A stretch of DNA of 64,000 nucleotides, taken from an uncultured Gemmatimonadales bacterium (GTDB lineage: Bacteria; Gemmatimonadota; Gemmatimonadetes; Gemmatimonadales; GWC2-71-9). Below, piece by piece: positions 1 through 8,751 of this stretch. Under the pieces are notes generated by a model. The model was not told the DNA's origin. It did not search any database and worked only from the letters and a program-made list of their open reading frames with translations. The position numbers and the translations under genes were made by a program. Numbering within the stretch: position 1 is the first letter of the stretch; each line of letters opens with the position of its first letter. The stretch is from positions 15,645 to 79,644 of the forward strand of contig CAWEWK010000006.1 of NCBI GenBank assembly GCA_963812755.1. The letters are read 5' to 3'.

Positions 1-94
1 GCGAGCGCAAGGAACACGCGGCGCATTACACGATCCTGTGCGGGAGAATGGTGGAAATGTAGTGGGGGCGCGGGGAGCCTGCTATCTTAGCCTG

Positions 95-799
95 ATGAGA
101 CGACCCTGCATCATCGCCCACCGCGGAGCCTCCGGTTACGAGTACGAAAACTCGCGTGCCGCCTTTCGGCGCGCGGTCATGATGGATGCGGACGGAGTGG
201 AGCTGGACGTGCACGCCACTCGGGACGGGGCGATCGTCGTGCATCACGACCCCGAGCTTCCCGGCTTCGGGCCCATCGGCCAGCTCTCATTGAGCGACGT
301 GCGGCAAGTGCGGTTGCGCAACGGGGAGCCCCTGCCGCTGCTGGGGGATATCCTGGAGCTGATGGGTGATCGGGATGTCTGGATCGAGGTCAAGACCCTG
401 CCGGAGAGCCACGACCACGAGCTGCTGTCGATTCTCGACCGGGGGCCGGCACCTGAACGGTACGCGGTTCACAGCTTCGATCACCGGATCGTGCGCCGCC
501 TGGGAGCCGAGCGATCGGAGCTGCGGCGGGGAATCCTGCTCTCGGCCTACTTAGAGGATCCGGTAGCCGCGATGCGAGCCGTGGGAGCAACCACGCTGTG
601 GCAGGAATGGCAACAGGTCGACCGGGAGTTGGTGAGCCGGGTCCACGATGCCAGTTGCACCATCATTGCGTGGACGGTGAACGACATCGGCGACCTCGAG
701 CGGATGGCGCGCTTGGGCGTCGACGGGCTCTGTGGCAACTACCCCGACCGCATCCGGGTCGCCATCGCCGCGCGGGTAGAGGAGCCATCCCGGACCTAG
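95..799 (+). CDS. glycerophosphodiester phosphodiesterase (GDPD family)
   Basis: ORF 38..799. IIAHRGASGYEYENS and DGVELDVHATRDGAIVVHHD match GDPD catalytic motifs. ATG at 95 is preferred because the conserved core starts a few residues later. Position 38 is an alternative start. Confidence 0.85.
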   Translation: MRRPCIIAHRGASGYEYENSRAAFRRAVMMDADGVELDVHATRDGAIVVHHDPELPGFGPIGQLSLSDVRQVRLRNGEPLPLLGDILELMGDRDVWIEVKTLPESHDHELLSILDRGPAPERYAVHSFDHRIVRRLGAERSELRRGILLSAYLEDPVAAMRAVGATTLWQEWQQVDRELVSRVHDASCTIIAWTVNDIGDLERMARLGVDGLCGNYPDRIRVAIAARVEEPSRT

Positions 800-804
800 G
801 ACGG

Positions 805-1131
805 CTAGGCTACGCCACTCGAATCCAGCGGAGCGGGGGGCGCCGCCGCCGGGCTCCGCCGGGCTTCGGCCAGCTGGCCCTCCAGCCGGCCAATTTCCGC
901 CTTCAAGTCGTCCAACCGGAACATGAGCGCGTCGATCCGCCGGGGCTCGACCTCGCCGCCTCGCTCGCGCCGGTGCAGCAGCAGTCCCAGGTCTCGCGCC
1001 ACGTTGTCCTGCTTGCGACGGAGGCGCAGCAACTCGATCTGGATCTTCCCTTCATCCAATGCACCCCGGGCCTTCTTGCCGAACGCCTCCAATTCCTGGT
1101 TCAGGCGATCGAACAGAGTGGATTTCGTCAT
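805..1131 (-). CDS. hypothetical coiled-coil protein (108 aa)
   Basis: ORF 805..1170 trimmed to ATG 1131, which is preceded by GGGAGGAA 3 nt upstream. The sequence is heptad-rich (LNQELEAFGKK.., LDDLKAEIGRLEGQL) with a Pro/Ala tail. No family recognised. Confidence 0.6.
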   Translation of the reverse strand: MTKSTLFDRLNQELEAFGKKARGALDEGKIQIELLRLRRKQDNVARDLGLLLHRRERGGEVEPRRIDALMFRLDDLKAEIGRLEGQLAEARRSPAAAPPAPLDSSGVA

Positions 1132-1160
1132 CGATTCCTCCCAGTTGACCCTTTCGCAAG

Positions 1161-1198
1161 ATAAACGCAAAGGAGGGACGCGGCCGTCGCGTCCCTCC
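1161..1198 (-). terminator. rho-independent terminator after rplU-rpmA
   Basis: Perfect 11-bp stem GGAGGGACGCG / CGCGTCCCTCC (1172..1182 and 1188..1198) with a 5-nt loop. On the minus strand it is followed by TTTGCGTTTAT. Confidence 0.7.
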
Positions 1199-1233
1199 TT
1201 CCGAGATTGGCTGCGGAGTTGGCCCGGCTCCGT

Positions 1234-1495
<262 letters not shown>

Positions 1496-1506
<11 letters not shown>

Positions 1507-1828
1507 GTTTGCCTCGACCCAACTTGAGATCGGTAATGCGAACCTCGGTGAACCGCTGCCGATGTCCGGTCTTCCGGCGGTAGTTCTTCCGCCGCTTGAA
1601 CTTGAACACGTAGATCTTGGGCTCCTTCCCCTCGCCCACCACCTCGGCTTCAACCGACGCCCCGGCTACCAGCGGCGTTCCGGTTCGAATGGTGTCCCCA
1701 TCGGAGGAGAGCAGCACCTCATCGAAAGTGACCTTGGACCCGGCCGCCGCATCCATCAGCGGAAGCCGGAGCGTCTTGCCCTTCTCGGCCCGGAACTGCT
1801 TGCCCAAGGCCCGAAAAATCGCGTACAT
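1496..1828 (-). CDS. rplU: 50S ribosomal protein L21
   Basis: [17 protein letters not shown] ... [16 protein letters not shown] is typical L21. It lies immediately upstream of rpmA, the conserved gene order. Confidence 0.95.
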
Positions 1829-1913
1829 GTTGAACCTGTAGACTAAAGTCGTGAGCGAAAGTTAGCCGCTAAGGGTAAAGCGGGTATGGGCTTGGCGCAA
1901 GGGCAGGATCCCA

Positions 1914-2759
1914 CTACAAGTCGAAGCGGAGCTCTACCCCCAGGTACCGGCTCTCTTCCCGGAAGAACTGCCGCTGGGTGGAAAGCCCATCGTGGGCGAT
2001 CAAGGCGATTCCGAGGTCACGTCCCACCCCGCTCGAGCCGAGGGAGATACCCAGTTTGGCCGAGGTGCTCACCCGCCAACTGGTGGCGGCGTTGCCTTCG
2101 AAGTACACCCCACCGACCAGGCGGAGCGACTCGCCCAGTACTCCCCCGATCGGGCGGCCGCGGAAATCGACGGCCAGCGACGCCCCCGGCCGCTCCAATC
2201 CCAGCTCGTCAAGCAGGACGTAGCTGACGCTGCTGGTAAGCCGCCAGGCGCCGGCTCGATAGCTGGCCCAGCCGACCGCCACTTCCCTGCTCCAGTCGAG
2301 CCGCGCCGCGTTGAAGCGGTCGCGATATTCATCGCCTAAGTGGCTGCTTTCATGGTACAGCTCGAGGGTCAGCGCCCAGGGGCCTTCGATGGCTGTGGTG
2401 TTGAGGCCTACGACCCAATCGTTGCTGATCAACGCACTGCGCGTGTCGGAGAGGCTGAAGCGGGCGTACACCTGGGAGCCGAACCCGAGCGTGATCGGGC
2501 GATCGCCGCTCCGCAGGGCCAGGACGGGAAAGTTCTCCCCCAGCGCCACTTCGGCTTCCGACTCTTGGCCGAACCGGCTGTCCCCATGCCGCGCGGAGAG
2601 CAGGCGTCCTGCCAGGCCATGCACCCGAGGAGACGCCTCGGGGAGCTCGAAACTCAGGACCTGGGGAAAGAACCGCTCCTGCGCCGCGGCACGGCTGGCC
2701 AGGCACCCCATGATCGACCCGACGATTATCGCGATCGCCGGCGTTCGGATGCTTGACAT
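1914..2759 (-). CDS. putative outer-membrane beta-barrel protein (unknown family)
   Basis: Signal peptide (IIVGSIMGCLASRAAAQE), alternating hydrophobic beta-strand pattern, a YHESSHLGDE motif, and a C-terminal strand LGVELRFDL. Confidence 0.6.
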   Translation of the reverse strand: MSSIRTPAIAIIVGSIMGCLASRAAAQERFFPQVLSFELPEASPRVHGLAGRLLSARHGDSRFGQESEAEVALGENFPVLALRSGDRPITLGFGSQVYARFSLSDTRSALISNDWVVGLNTTAIEGPWALTLELYHESSHLGDEYRDRFNAARLDWSREVAVGWASYRAGAWRLTSSVSYVLLDELGLERPGASLAVDFRGRPIGGVLGESLRLVGGVYFEGNAATSWRVSTSAKLGISLGSSGVGRDLGIALIAHDGLSTQRQFFREESRYLGVELRFDL

Positions 2760-2854
2760 TGCTCACCCGCTCCAAGATTATCCGCGGGCCGACGGCTCCA
2801 ATGGCCCGCCGGTCGTCGTGGAATTTACTCCTCTCCACCGCGGAGTGAAGCACC

Positions 2855-3895
2855 ATGCTGTTGAGCTCGATCCTCGCCGCTTCCCTGCTGTCGGCACCCG
2901 GTCCGGCGGACTCCACGCCCAATGTCACGGTGGCGGTGGACTCCAGCCGCAAGGAACTGATCATCACGGCGGGTCCCTTCGATCTACCCAACATGCCGCC
3001 GATGGAAGATCACGCCATGATGGACCTGGGCATGTCGCACGACACCCCGGTACAGCACTTCAACTGGCCGGTTGACGGCTGGTTCCGCGGCTTCAGGGTA
3101 GAGCTCACGGACGCTGCCGGACGACCGGTCCCCCGACACGTGATGCACCACCTGATCATGGTGAATTTCAGCCGCCGCCAGCTGGTCTATGCCGCCGCCG
3201 AGCGGCTGATGGGAGCGGGCACCGAGACCGACGACGAGATCAGCGTTCCCAAGACCATCGGTGTGCCGATGAAGCCCGGCATGAAGCTCGGCATGTACGT
3301 CGCCTGGCACAACGACACCGGGCAGGATCTCAAGGGCGTGTATCTCAAGCTGGCCATGCTGTGGACGCCGAAGAATCAGAATCCGCCGCCGGTCAACGCA
3401 TTGCCGATCTACATGGATGTGAACCTGACCGTGGGCGGGAGCAACACCTTCGACGTGCCCCCCGGCAAGTCCAGCAAGTCGCATGTCTTCACCCTCCCGG
3501 TCGGCGGCCGCCTGCTAGGCGTGGGCGGGCACATGCACGATTACGGCGTCCGGGTCAGGTTGGAGGACGTGGAGACCGGTAAGGTGTTGGCCCGCGTCGT
3601 AGCTACTCGGGATTCCGCCGGGAAGCTGGAGCGAATGAGCCGAAAGCTCTTCGGCGTTACCGGTGAGGGGCTCAAGCTGAAGGCCAATCACCAGTATCGG
3701 GTGGTGGGTGAGTATGACAACCCAACCAACGAGACGTTGATCAAGGGTGCCATGGCGCACATGGTCGGTCTATTCACGCCCGACGATATGAGCCGCTGGC
3801 CGGCGATCGATCCCTCGAATCCGGATTACAAGCGGGATATGGCTTCGCTGCAGGTACGGGGAGAGATGGTACATCACGGGCATAGTGGGCATTAG
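2855..3895 (+). CDS. secreted putative copper protein with PHM/DBH-like His/Met ligand pattern
   Basis: Signal peptide MLLSSILAASLLSAPG. Met/His-rich stretch PNMPPMEDHAMMDLGMSHD. Candidate ligands VMHHLIM (H98,H99), VAWHND (H152), GGHMHDYG (H226,H228) and GAMAHM (M300,M303). C-terminal HHGHSGH tail. Confidence 0.75.
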   Translation: MLLSSILAASLLSAPGPADSTPNVTVAVDSSRKELIITAGPFDLPNMPPMEDHAMMDLGMSHDTPVQHFNWPVDGWFRGFRVELTDAAGRPVPRHVMHHLIMVNFSRRQLVYAAAERLMGAGTETDDEISVPKTIGVPMKPGMKLGMYVAWHNDTGQDLKGVYLKLAMLWTPKNQNPPPVNALPIYMDVNLTVGGSNTFDVPPGKSSKSHVFTLPVGGRLLGVGGHMHDYGVRVRLEDVETGKVLARVVATRDSAGKLERMSRKLFGVTGEGLKLKANHQYRVVGEYDNPTNETLIKGAMAHMVGLFTPDDMSRWPAIDPSNPDYKRDMASLQVRGEMVHHGHSGH

Positions 3896-3985
3896 CTACG
3901 GCTATCAGCTATCAGCTATCAGCTATCCGCCTAACGGCCAATCGTTTTCAAGCGCAGCGATAGCGGATAGCCGATAGCCAATCGC
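3895..3985. repeat. GCTATC(A/G) heptad repeat element, locus A (imperfect inverted repeat between convergent genes)
   Basis: Left arm 3901..3928 is GCTATCA x3 plus GCTATCC. Right arm 3957..3985 is GCGATAGCGGATAGCCGATAGCC, the reverse-complement heptads. It begins inside the stop codon of the upstream CDS. Confidence 0.85.
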
Positions 3986-4957
3986 CTACTTCACAATCCT
4001 TCTCACACCCACCCACCGCTTGTACCACCAGCGCCCGTAAGGATCCTCCGCGCTCAGCGCGCTCACCTGCACGCCCCGAGTTGCGCTGTGGATGAAGCGC
4101 CCGTCACCCAGATACAGGCCCACGTGGGTGACCGGGCCACCGCGATTGGAAAACGTGAGGAGGTCGCCGGGCGCCAGTTGGGCCAGCTTCTTGGGCACCT
4201 TGGTTCCTTGACGGGCCTGCTCGGCACTCCGTCGTGGCAGCGTGATTCCGTGTCGCCCATAGGCGTACTGGATCAGGCCGGAGCAGTCGAACCCTTCGCC
4301 GTCTTCGCCGGTGCCGCCGAACTGATAGGGCCGGCCCATGACTTCGGTCGCGGTGGCGATCACCGAATCGGTGACCCTGGCTCCGATCGGTCGGGTCACG
4401 CCGGGGGTGTCCGGAGTGTCCGGAAAATCCGCGAGTGGAACCGGCTGGGGCTCTCGGGGCGATTCGGCCGGGCCGCGGGACCGGCCGCCTCCCCATCGGA
4501 TCGATACCCCCGCCGCCAGCTCGAAGCCGTCCCTGCCGTCCAGGGAAAGCTCTCGCCACCGGCCCTCCGCGCCGACCGTCAGAAACGAAGCCGGAAACAG
4601 CTCCCACCCCGCGCCGGCCGACCAGGAGCCCCAGAAGCTGGAGAAGTTCCACGAGTGCGGCGAGCCGACTCCGCCGCCGAGTCCGGCGACCAGGTAGGGA
4701 CCCTCACTGCCACCACGGAAAGCGGTCAGATCGGCGCCGATCCCGGCGAATCCACCGTCCTCACCCCCCACGCGACGCATATAGTCGCCGTGCACCGTGC
4801 TGCCCAGCACACTGTTGAACTGCTGAGAAAAGCCGAGCCGGTAGACCGTCCATCCTCCCCCATCGTAGAACCGCCCGACCTGTCCCTCGACGCCTTGACC
4901 GCCCGCCGCTGAGGGAAGCATTGCGAGACACAGCAGTAGAGCCGCCGGGCGGATCAT
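3986..4957 (-). CDS. NlpC/P60 (C40) cell-wall peptidase with N-terminal Gly-rich beta-barrel-like domain
   Basis: C-terminal GRPYQFGGTGEDGEGFDCSGLIQYAY ... THVGLYLGDGRFIHS carries the C40 catalytic Cys/His motifs. It has an N-terminal signal peptide and a roughly 150-aa Gly/aromatic alternating segment. Confidence 0.85.
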   Translation of the reverse strand: MIRPAALLLCLAMLPSAAGGQGVEGQVGRFYDGGGWTVYRLGFSQQFNSVLGSTVHGDYMRRVGGEDGGFAGIGADLTAFRGGSEGPYLVAGLGGGVGSPHSWNFSSFWGSWSAGAGWELFPASFLTVGAEGRWRELSLDGRDGFELAAGVSIRWGGGRSRGPAESPREPQPVPLADFPDTPDTPGVTRPIGARVTDSVIATATEVMGRPYQFGGTGEDGEGFDCSGLIQYAYGRHGITLPRRSAEQARQGTKVPKKLAQLAPGDLLTFSNRGGPVTHVGLYLGDGRFIHSATRGVQVSALSAEDPYGRWWYKRWVGVRRIVK

Positions 4958-5325
4958 CGTTCCCTGACCGGACGCCCGCTGCGGAGATCGACCAGGTACC
5001 AGTCACCCGGCCGGCAGCGATCGGAGAGGCGGGCTCGAAGCGTGGTGTCGTTCACCAGCTCGGGCGCAGTGGCGGTATACAGCAGCGGGACCGGAATGCG
5101 GGTGTCCCCCCTTCGGATCTCTATCGTACGATCGACGCAGGGCACGCCGTCCACTGATTTGCCGGGACGGGCCAGGGTGAACCAGATCTCGACCCCGCCG
5201 GGTGCTGTGGCGACAAGGGAGTCGGGAAGCGTGGCCGGTTGGCGGGCCGGGGGTTCTTGCCGGGGGCCGTCGGGACCACCACAGGCCGCCAGGAGCAGCG
5301 CCAGCCGGATCGGCCACGCTTTCAT
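4954..5325 (-). CDS. hypothetical lipoprotein (123 aa)
   Basis: ORF 4954..5568 trimmed to ATG 5325. MKAWPIRLALLLAACGG contains a lipobox. ATGA overlaps occur at both ends (5322..5325 and 4954..4957). Confidence 0.65.
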   Translation of the reverse strand: MKAWPIRLALLLAACGGPDGPRQEPPARQPATLPDSLVATAPGGVEIWFTLARPGKSVDGVPCVDRTIEIRRGDTRIPVPLLYTATAPELVNDTTLRARLSDRCRPGDWYLVDLRSGRPVRER

Positions 5326-5627
5326 TTCGAGTCGGGCTCGCCTATCAGGGGGAGCGCCTTCTCCAGCGTATCCGGAATCCCCTCCTCCGTCACCGCCAGA
5401 ACCTCCCTGACCTCGGGTGACTGCCGCAGGTACTCGAGCCACCCCAGCAGCGCCGCAAAACCGGTGAGTGCACCACACAGCGCGGTGATCGCCAGCCCCT
5501 CGAATGGATCGCTCACTCGCATTGCAAGGAGCGCGCCGCCGACCGCCCCGAAAAACGAAGCTGCCCACGCAAGGAAAGGCGTGAGCAGCCAGCCGAAGAT
5601 GCGAAAGAGCAGCCGAACCCAGGTCAT
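5322..5627 (-). CDS. hypothetical small membrane protein (101 aa)
   Basis: Two or three predicted TM segments (LLFRIFGWLLTPFLAWAASFFGAVGGALLA; ITALCGALTGFAALLGWL). Translationally coupled to the downstream lipoprotein. Confidence 0.6.
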   Translation of the reverse strand: MTWVRLLFRIFGWLLTPFLAWAASFFGAVGGALLAMRVSDPFEGLAITALCGALTGFAALLGWLEYLRQSPEVREVLAVTEEGIPDTLEKALPLIGEPDSK

Positions 5628-5631
5628 GAGC

Positions 5632-6258
5632 TCAGGTCCGGCGACTTCCCAGGGCTGAGAGCGCGGTGGCGAGTGCGACGCCTGGTAAAAAGGCGACGCC
5701 GAAGGTCGCCACGGTCCATCGCGCGCCCGGGAAGCCCAACACTATCCCGAGAACGGCCGCAAGAATCGCGAACGCGGCGGCCATGCCGAATGCCCCGAGC
5801 ACGGAGACCCGTCCGTTTCGCGCTTCCTGATTGGCGAGAATCCAGGCCCCCATCCAGGGCAGGAAGGTGCCCACCATCCACCAGACCGGATGGTACCACC
5901 AGTTACTGCCGCCGATCTCCTGCCACCGATTGGTGTAGGTCCCGATGTTCTGAAGCAGGGAGACATCGATCAGCAGAAAGACCAAAGTCGCGCCGAGCCC
6001 GATCCCGGCTGCTCCGGCAATGCCCTCGATGGTAAACGCTCGGGTCCAGAGTCCCGGGAGCAGTGTCACGGCTGCCAGACCCGCCACCAACAGCAGGCTC
6101 AGGACTATGGTCTCGACCGGTCCCTCGAGAAAGCGAGACGCGAGGGAGAGGAGGAGCACCAGCACGGCCTCGAGCAGGCCCAGCTTCACCGAGCCGCGAA
6201 CGATCGCCGGAACATCGGTCAGGTCATGAATGCCGTGATGATCCACCGGTGCGTGCAT
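5632..6258 (-). CDS. hypothetical polytopic membrane protein (208 aa)
   Basis: About 6 hydrophobic segments and a His-rich N-terminus (MHAPVDHHGIHD). Lies in the minus-strand array. No family recognised. Confidence 0.6.
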   Translation of the reverse strand: MHAPVDHHGIHDLTDVPAIVRGSVKLGLLEAVLVLLLSLASRFLEGPVETIVLSLLLVAGLAAVTLLPGLWTRAFTIEGIAGAAGIGLGATLVFLLIDVSLLQNIGTYTNRWQEIGGSNWWYHPVWWMVGTFLPWMGAWILANQEARNGRVSVLGAFGMAAAFAILAAVLGIVLGFPGARWTVATFGVAFLPGVALATALSALGSRRT

Positions 6259-6321
6259 GCCGTCTCCGGAAGGGGTGGCGGGAAGTATACCGGGGGCTCG
6301 CGCGAGGGGCCAAGGGCGCCC

Positions 6322-7242
6322 CTACCTGCCCCAGCCCAGCACTACGGCTGTGTCGGTAACGGCCCAGGCGCCGAGCGCCAAATACATTCGCCGTTGGTGA
6401 TCCGAGGGTGCCATCCGGCGATAGCGCGCCCGCCAGGGGATCAGGACCGCCGCCCACACCGCCAGGGCCAGCGCCAGGCCACCCCAACGCGGGAGGTCTC
6501 CCGGACCCAGCCGCCAGCCGGCCCGCAGACCCGCCGCCACGAACAAAGCGAACGCGACGACCACCGCCGCCACTGCGGCGTCGAGACTGCGGCCGAGGCC
6601 GAGCACGCAGGCCAGTGTGCGATCGCCCCGGCGGGAATCTTCCTCCACCTGATAGAGCTGCGTCAGCGGATAGAGCGCAGCGAAGAGGGGACAGAAGGCG
6701 AGCAGCACCAGCAGCCCTGCCCCACTCACCGGCAGTCCGGTCGCGGCCCAGCCGGCATACGGCGTGAGAGTCCCGAACCCCCACATGTTGATCACCCAAT
6801 CGGCACCGGCCACGGCTTTGAGCCGAGCCGGCGGGACCGAATAGAGAACGGAAAGCACGAAGCAGATCCCGTAGGCCACCCGGTAGGCCGGCGGAAGGGC
6901 GAACGCGAGCAGCTGTCCGGCGGCCATCAGGCCGAGGCTGAATCCGGCGAGATGCCGTGGCGGGGGTGGCGGACGCCGAAGATAGGCCACGTCTCCCTCG
7001 TCCCTGTCGTATGCGCTGTTGAGCGCAAGGGTACCGCCGTTGAGACAGATCACCCACAGCGCCAGCCCGAGCAGCGCCGACTCGAGATATTCGCCGCGTG
7101 AGGCGCCATCGATGCCTACCGCGAGGAGATACCCCACCACCGTGTGGGCCGCCATGATCGGCCACTCGGCCGGTCGCAGGTGGAGCAGGTAGTCGAGCCG
7201 AGCACCGAGCAGGCGGTACCCCGCCTGGCGGGCGAAGGTCAC
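6322..7242 (-). CDS. UbiA-family prenyltransferase
   Basis: Polytopic membrane protein with LNSAYDRDEGD (an Asp-rich UbiA-type motif). ORF 6322..7905 trimmed to GTG 7242, which overlaps the coaX stop as GTGA. Confidence 0.7.
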   Translation of the reverse strand: MTFARQAGYRLLGARLDYLLHLRPAEWPIMAAHTVVGYLLAVGIDGASRGEYLESALLGLALWVICLNGGTLALNSAYDRDEGDVAYLRRPPPPPRHLAGFSLGLMAAGQLLAFALPPAYRVAYGICFVLSVLYSVPPARLKAVAGADWVINMWGFGTLTPYAGWAATGLPVSGAGLLVLLAFCPLFAALYPLTQLYQVEEDSRRGDRTLACVLGLGRSLDAAVAAVVVAFALFVAAGLRAGWRLGPGDLPRWGGLALALAVWAAVLIPWRARYRRMAPSDHQRRMYLALGAWAVTDTAVVLGWGR

Positions 7243-8018
7243 CAGGAGAGTCCCAAGTGTCCGGCGGCGAGCCGGAGTCCCTGAAGGGTGAGGTGGGGTT
7301 CGGCCTGTTGGATGGTCTTGGTGATGGGAACCACGCTGGTGGCCAGTCCCCCGGTGGCGACGACCCGAACCGGACCGGGGCCCGGCCATTCGGCCTTGAT
7401 GCGGGTCACGATTCCATCGACGGCGTCGGCGGTGCCGTAGAGCACTCCGGCCTGGATGCACTCTTCGGTACGGCGCCCGATGACTCGGGAGGGAACTTTC
7501 AGCTCGGTCGCCGGCAGTTTGGCGGTGCGCCGGGTAAGCTGATCCGCGGCGGTCCGGAGCCCCGGCATGATGACGCCGCCGATGAAGCGGCAATCGGCCG
7601 TCACGCAGTCGAAAGTGGTGGCGGTACCGAAGTCGACCACGATGGTGTCGCTGCGATACAGCTCCACCGCCGCTAGCGCATTGACGATCCGGTCGGCGCC
7701 CACCGTGAGCGGCTCGTCCACGTCCAACGTCACCGGAAGCGGAGAGCGCGCGTCCACCGCGGTACCGGTGGACCCGGTGGCGTTGGCCACGCCCTCGACC
7801 ACGCTCTGGGTGACGCTGGGTGCCACCGACGCCAGGCAGACGGCTCGTATTTCGTTGGGCGAATGACCGGCCTGAATCAGGAAGCCGCCGACGGCGCTGC
7901 CCCACTCGTCCGGGGTGCGATCGGGATTGGTGGTGAGCCGCCAGTGAGCTTGAAGCTCATCGCCCTGGAACAGACCCAGGGTGATCTCGGTGTTGCCGAT
8001 GTCGAGGGTAAGGAGCAT
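7239..8018 (-). CDS. coaX: type III pantothenate kinase
   Basis: MLLTLDIGNTEITLGLF and VDFGTATTFD are CoaX (ASKHA fold) signatures. Length is 259 aa. Confidence 0.92.
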   Translation of the reverse strand: MLLTLDIGNTEITLGLFQGDELQAHWRLTTNPDRTPDEWGSAVGGFLIQAGHSPNEIRAVCLASVAPSVTQSVVEGVANATGSTGTAVDARSPLPVTLDVDEPLTVGADRIVNALAAVELYRSDTIVVDFGTATTFDCVTADCRFIGGVIMPGLRTAADQLTRRTAKLPATELKVPSRVIGRRTEECIQAGVLYGTADAVDGIVTRIKAEWPGPGPVRVVATGGLATSVVPITKTIQQAEPHLTLQGLRLAAGHLGLSW

Positions 8019-8028
8019 GGGGTCGAAG

Positions 8029-8751
8029 TTACGGGAGGACCGGGCGCCGGGCCAACTCTACAGTGCCGGCGCGACACCTGGTCACCGAGCCATCGTCTGC
8101 TTGAATCAACAGGCTGCCGTCGTCACCCAATCCTGCTGCGATGCCGGCGACCGGCGCCCGCAGCGACGTACCACGGAGCCAATCACGCGCGGCCCACCGG
8201 TGGAGCTCATCTCGCCTCAGTCGCGGACCGACCAAGTCGAGCCGGCAGAGCCGGGCGACGAGTGCTTCGAGAACGTCTTCCACACCTACCCCGGCCATAT
8301 GCTGCTCCAGATTGGTCGCCGTCCCGGCGAGCGGCCCCGGCACCGGGTTCGTCACGTTGATGCCGATGCCTGCTGCGATCCAGCTCAACTGGTCCCCCTG
8401 CCACCGAGCCTCGCAGAGGATACCGCCCAGCTTCTGGTCGGCCAGCATCACGTCGTTCGGCCACTTGAGTCTCACCCGCTCGCCCAGGCCCATGGCTCCC
8501 AGCGTCTCCGCCGTCACCAGCCCGACCCGGATGCTGGCCAGCTCGGCTTCGACACCGCTCTCCGGGCGAAATAGGATGCTGCACCAGAGTCCCCCCCGTG
8601 CCGAGTGCCAGGGCCGTCCTCGCGAGCCTCGTCCTGTGCTCTGCTCCGCGGCCACCACGACCGTCCCGGATTCGGCGCCGGCAGCGGCCATCTCGTGCAA
8701 CAGGTCCATGGTGGAGTCGACCCGGTCGAACCGATGGATGCGGCCCATCAC
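8029..8751 (-). CDS. birA: biotin--[acetyl-CoA-carboxylase] ligase
   Basis: GRGSRGRPWHSARGGLWCSILF and KWPNDV motifs of the BirA catalytic domain. No N-terminal HTH domain (group I type). Start is GTG 8751 or ATG 8748. Confidence 0.9.
   Translation of the reverse strand: MMGRIHRFDRVDSTMDLLHEMAAAGAESGTVVVAAEQSTGRGSRGRPWHSARGGLWCSILFRPESGVEAELASIRVGLVTAETLGAMGLGERVRLKWPNDVMLADQKLGGILCEARWQGDQLSWIAAGIGINVTNPVPGPLAGTATNLEQHMAGVGVEDVLEALVARLCRLDLVGPRLRRDELHRWAARDWLRGTSLRAPVAGIAAGLGDDGSLLIQADDGSVTRCRAGTVELARRPVLP

Noticed and set aside
3895-3985. Heptad repeats as a CRISPR array or coding tandem repeat
   Set aside because: The unit is only 7 nt with no spacers, no cas genes are nearby, and the arrays are mostly non-coding. 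They are classified instead as a REP-like repeat family.
6322-7905. 527-aa ORF suggesting a long N-terminal domain on the UbiA-like protein
   Set aside because: The upstream 220 codons overlap coaX in another frame and are Arg/Gly-rich. The GTGA junction at 7239..7242 gives a normal 306-aa UbiA-size protein.
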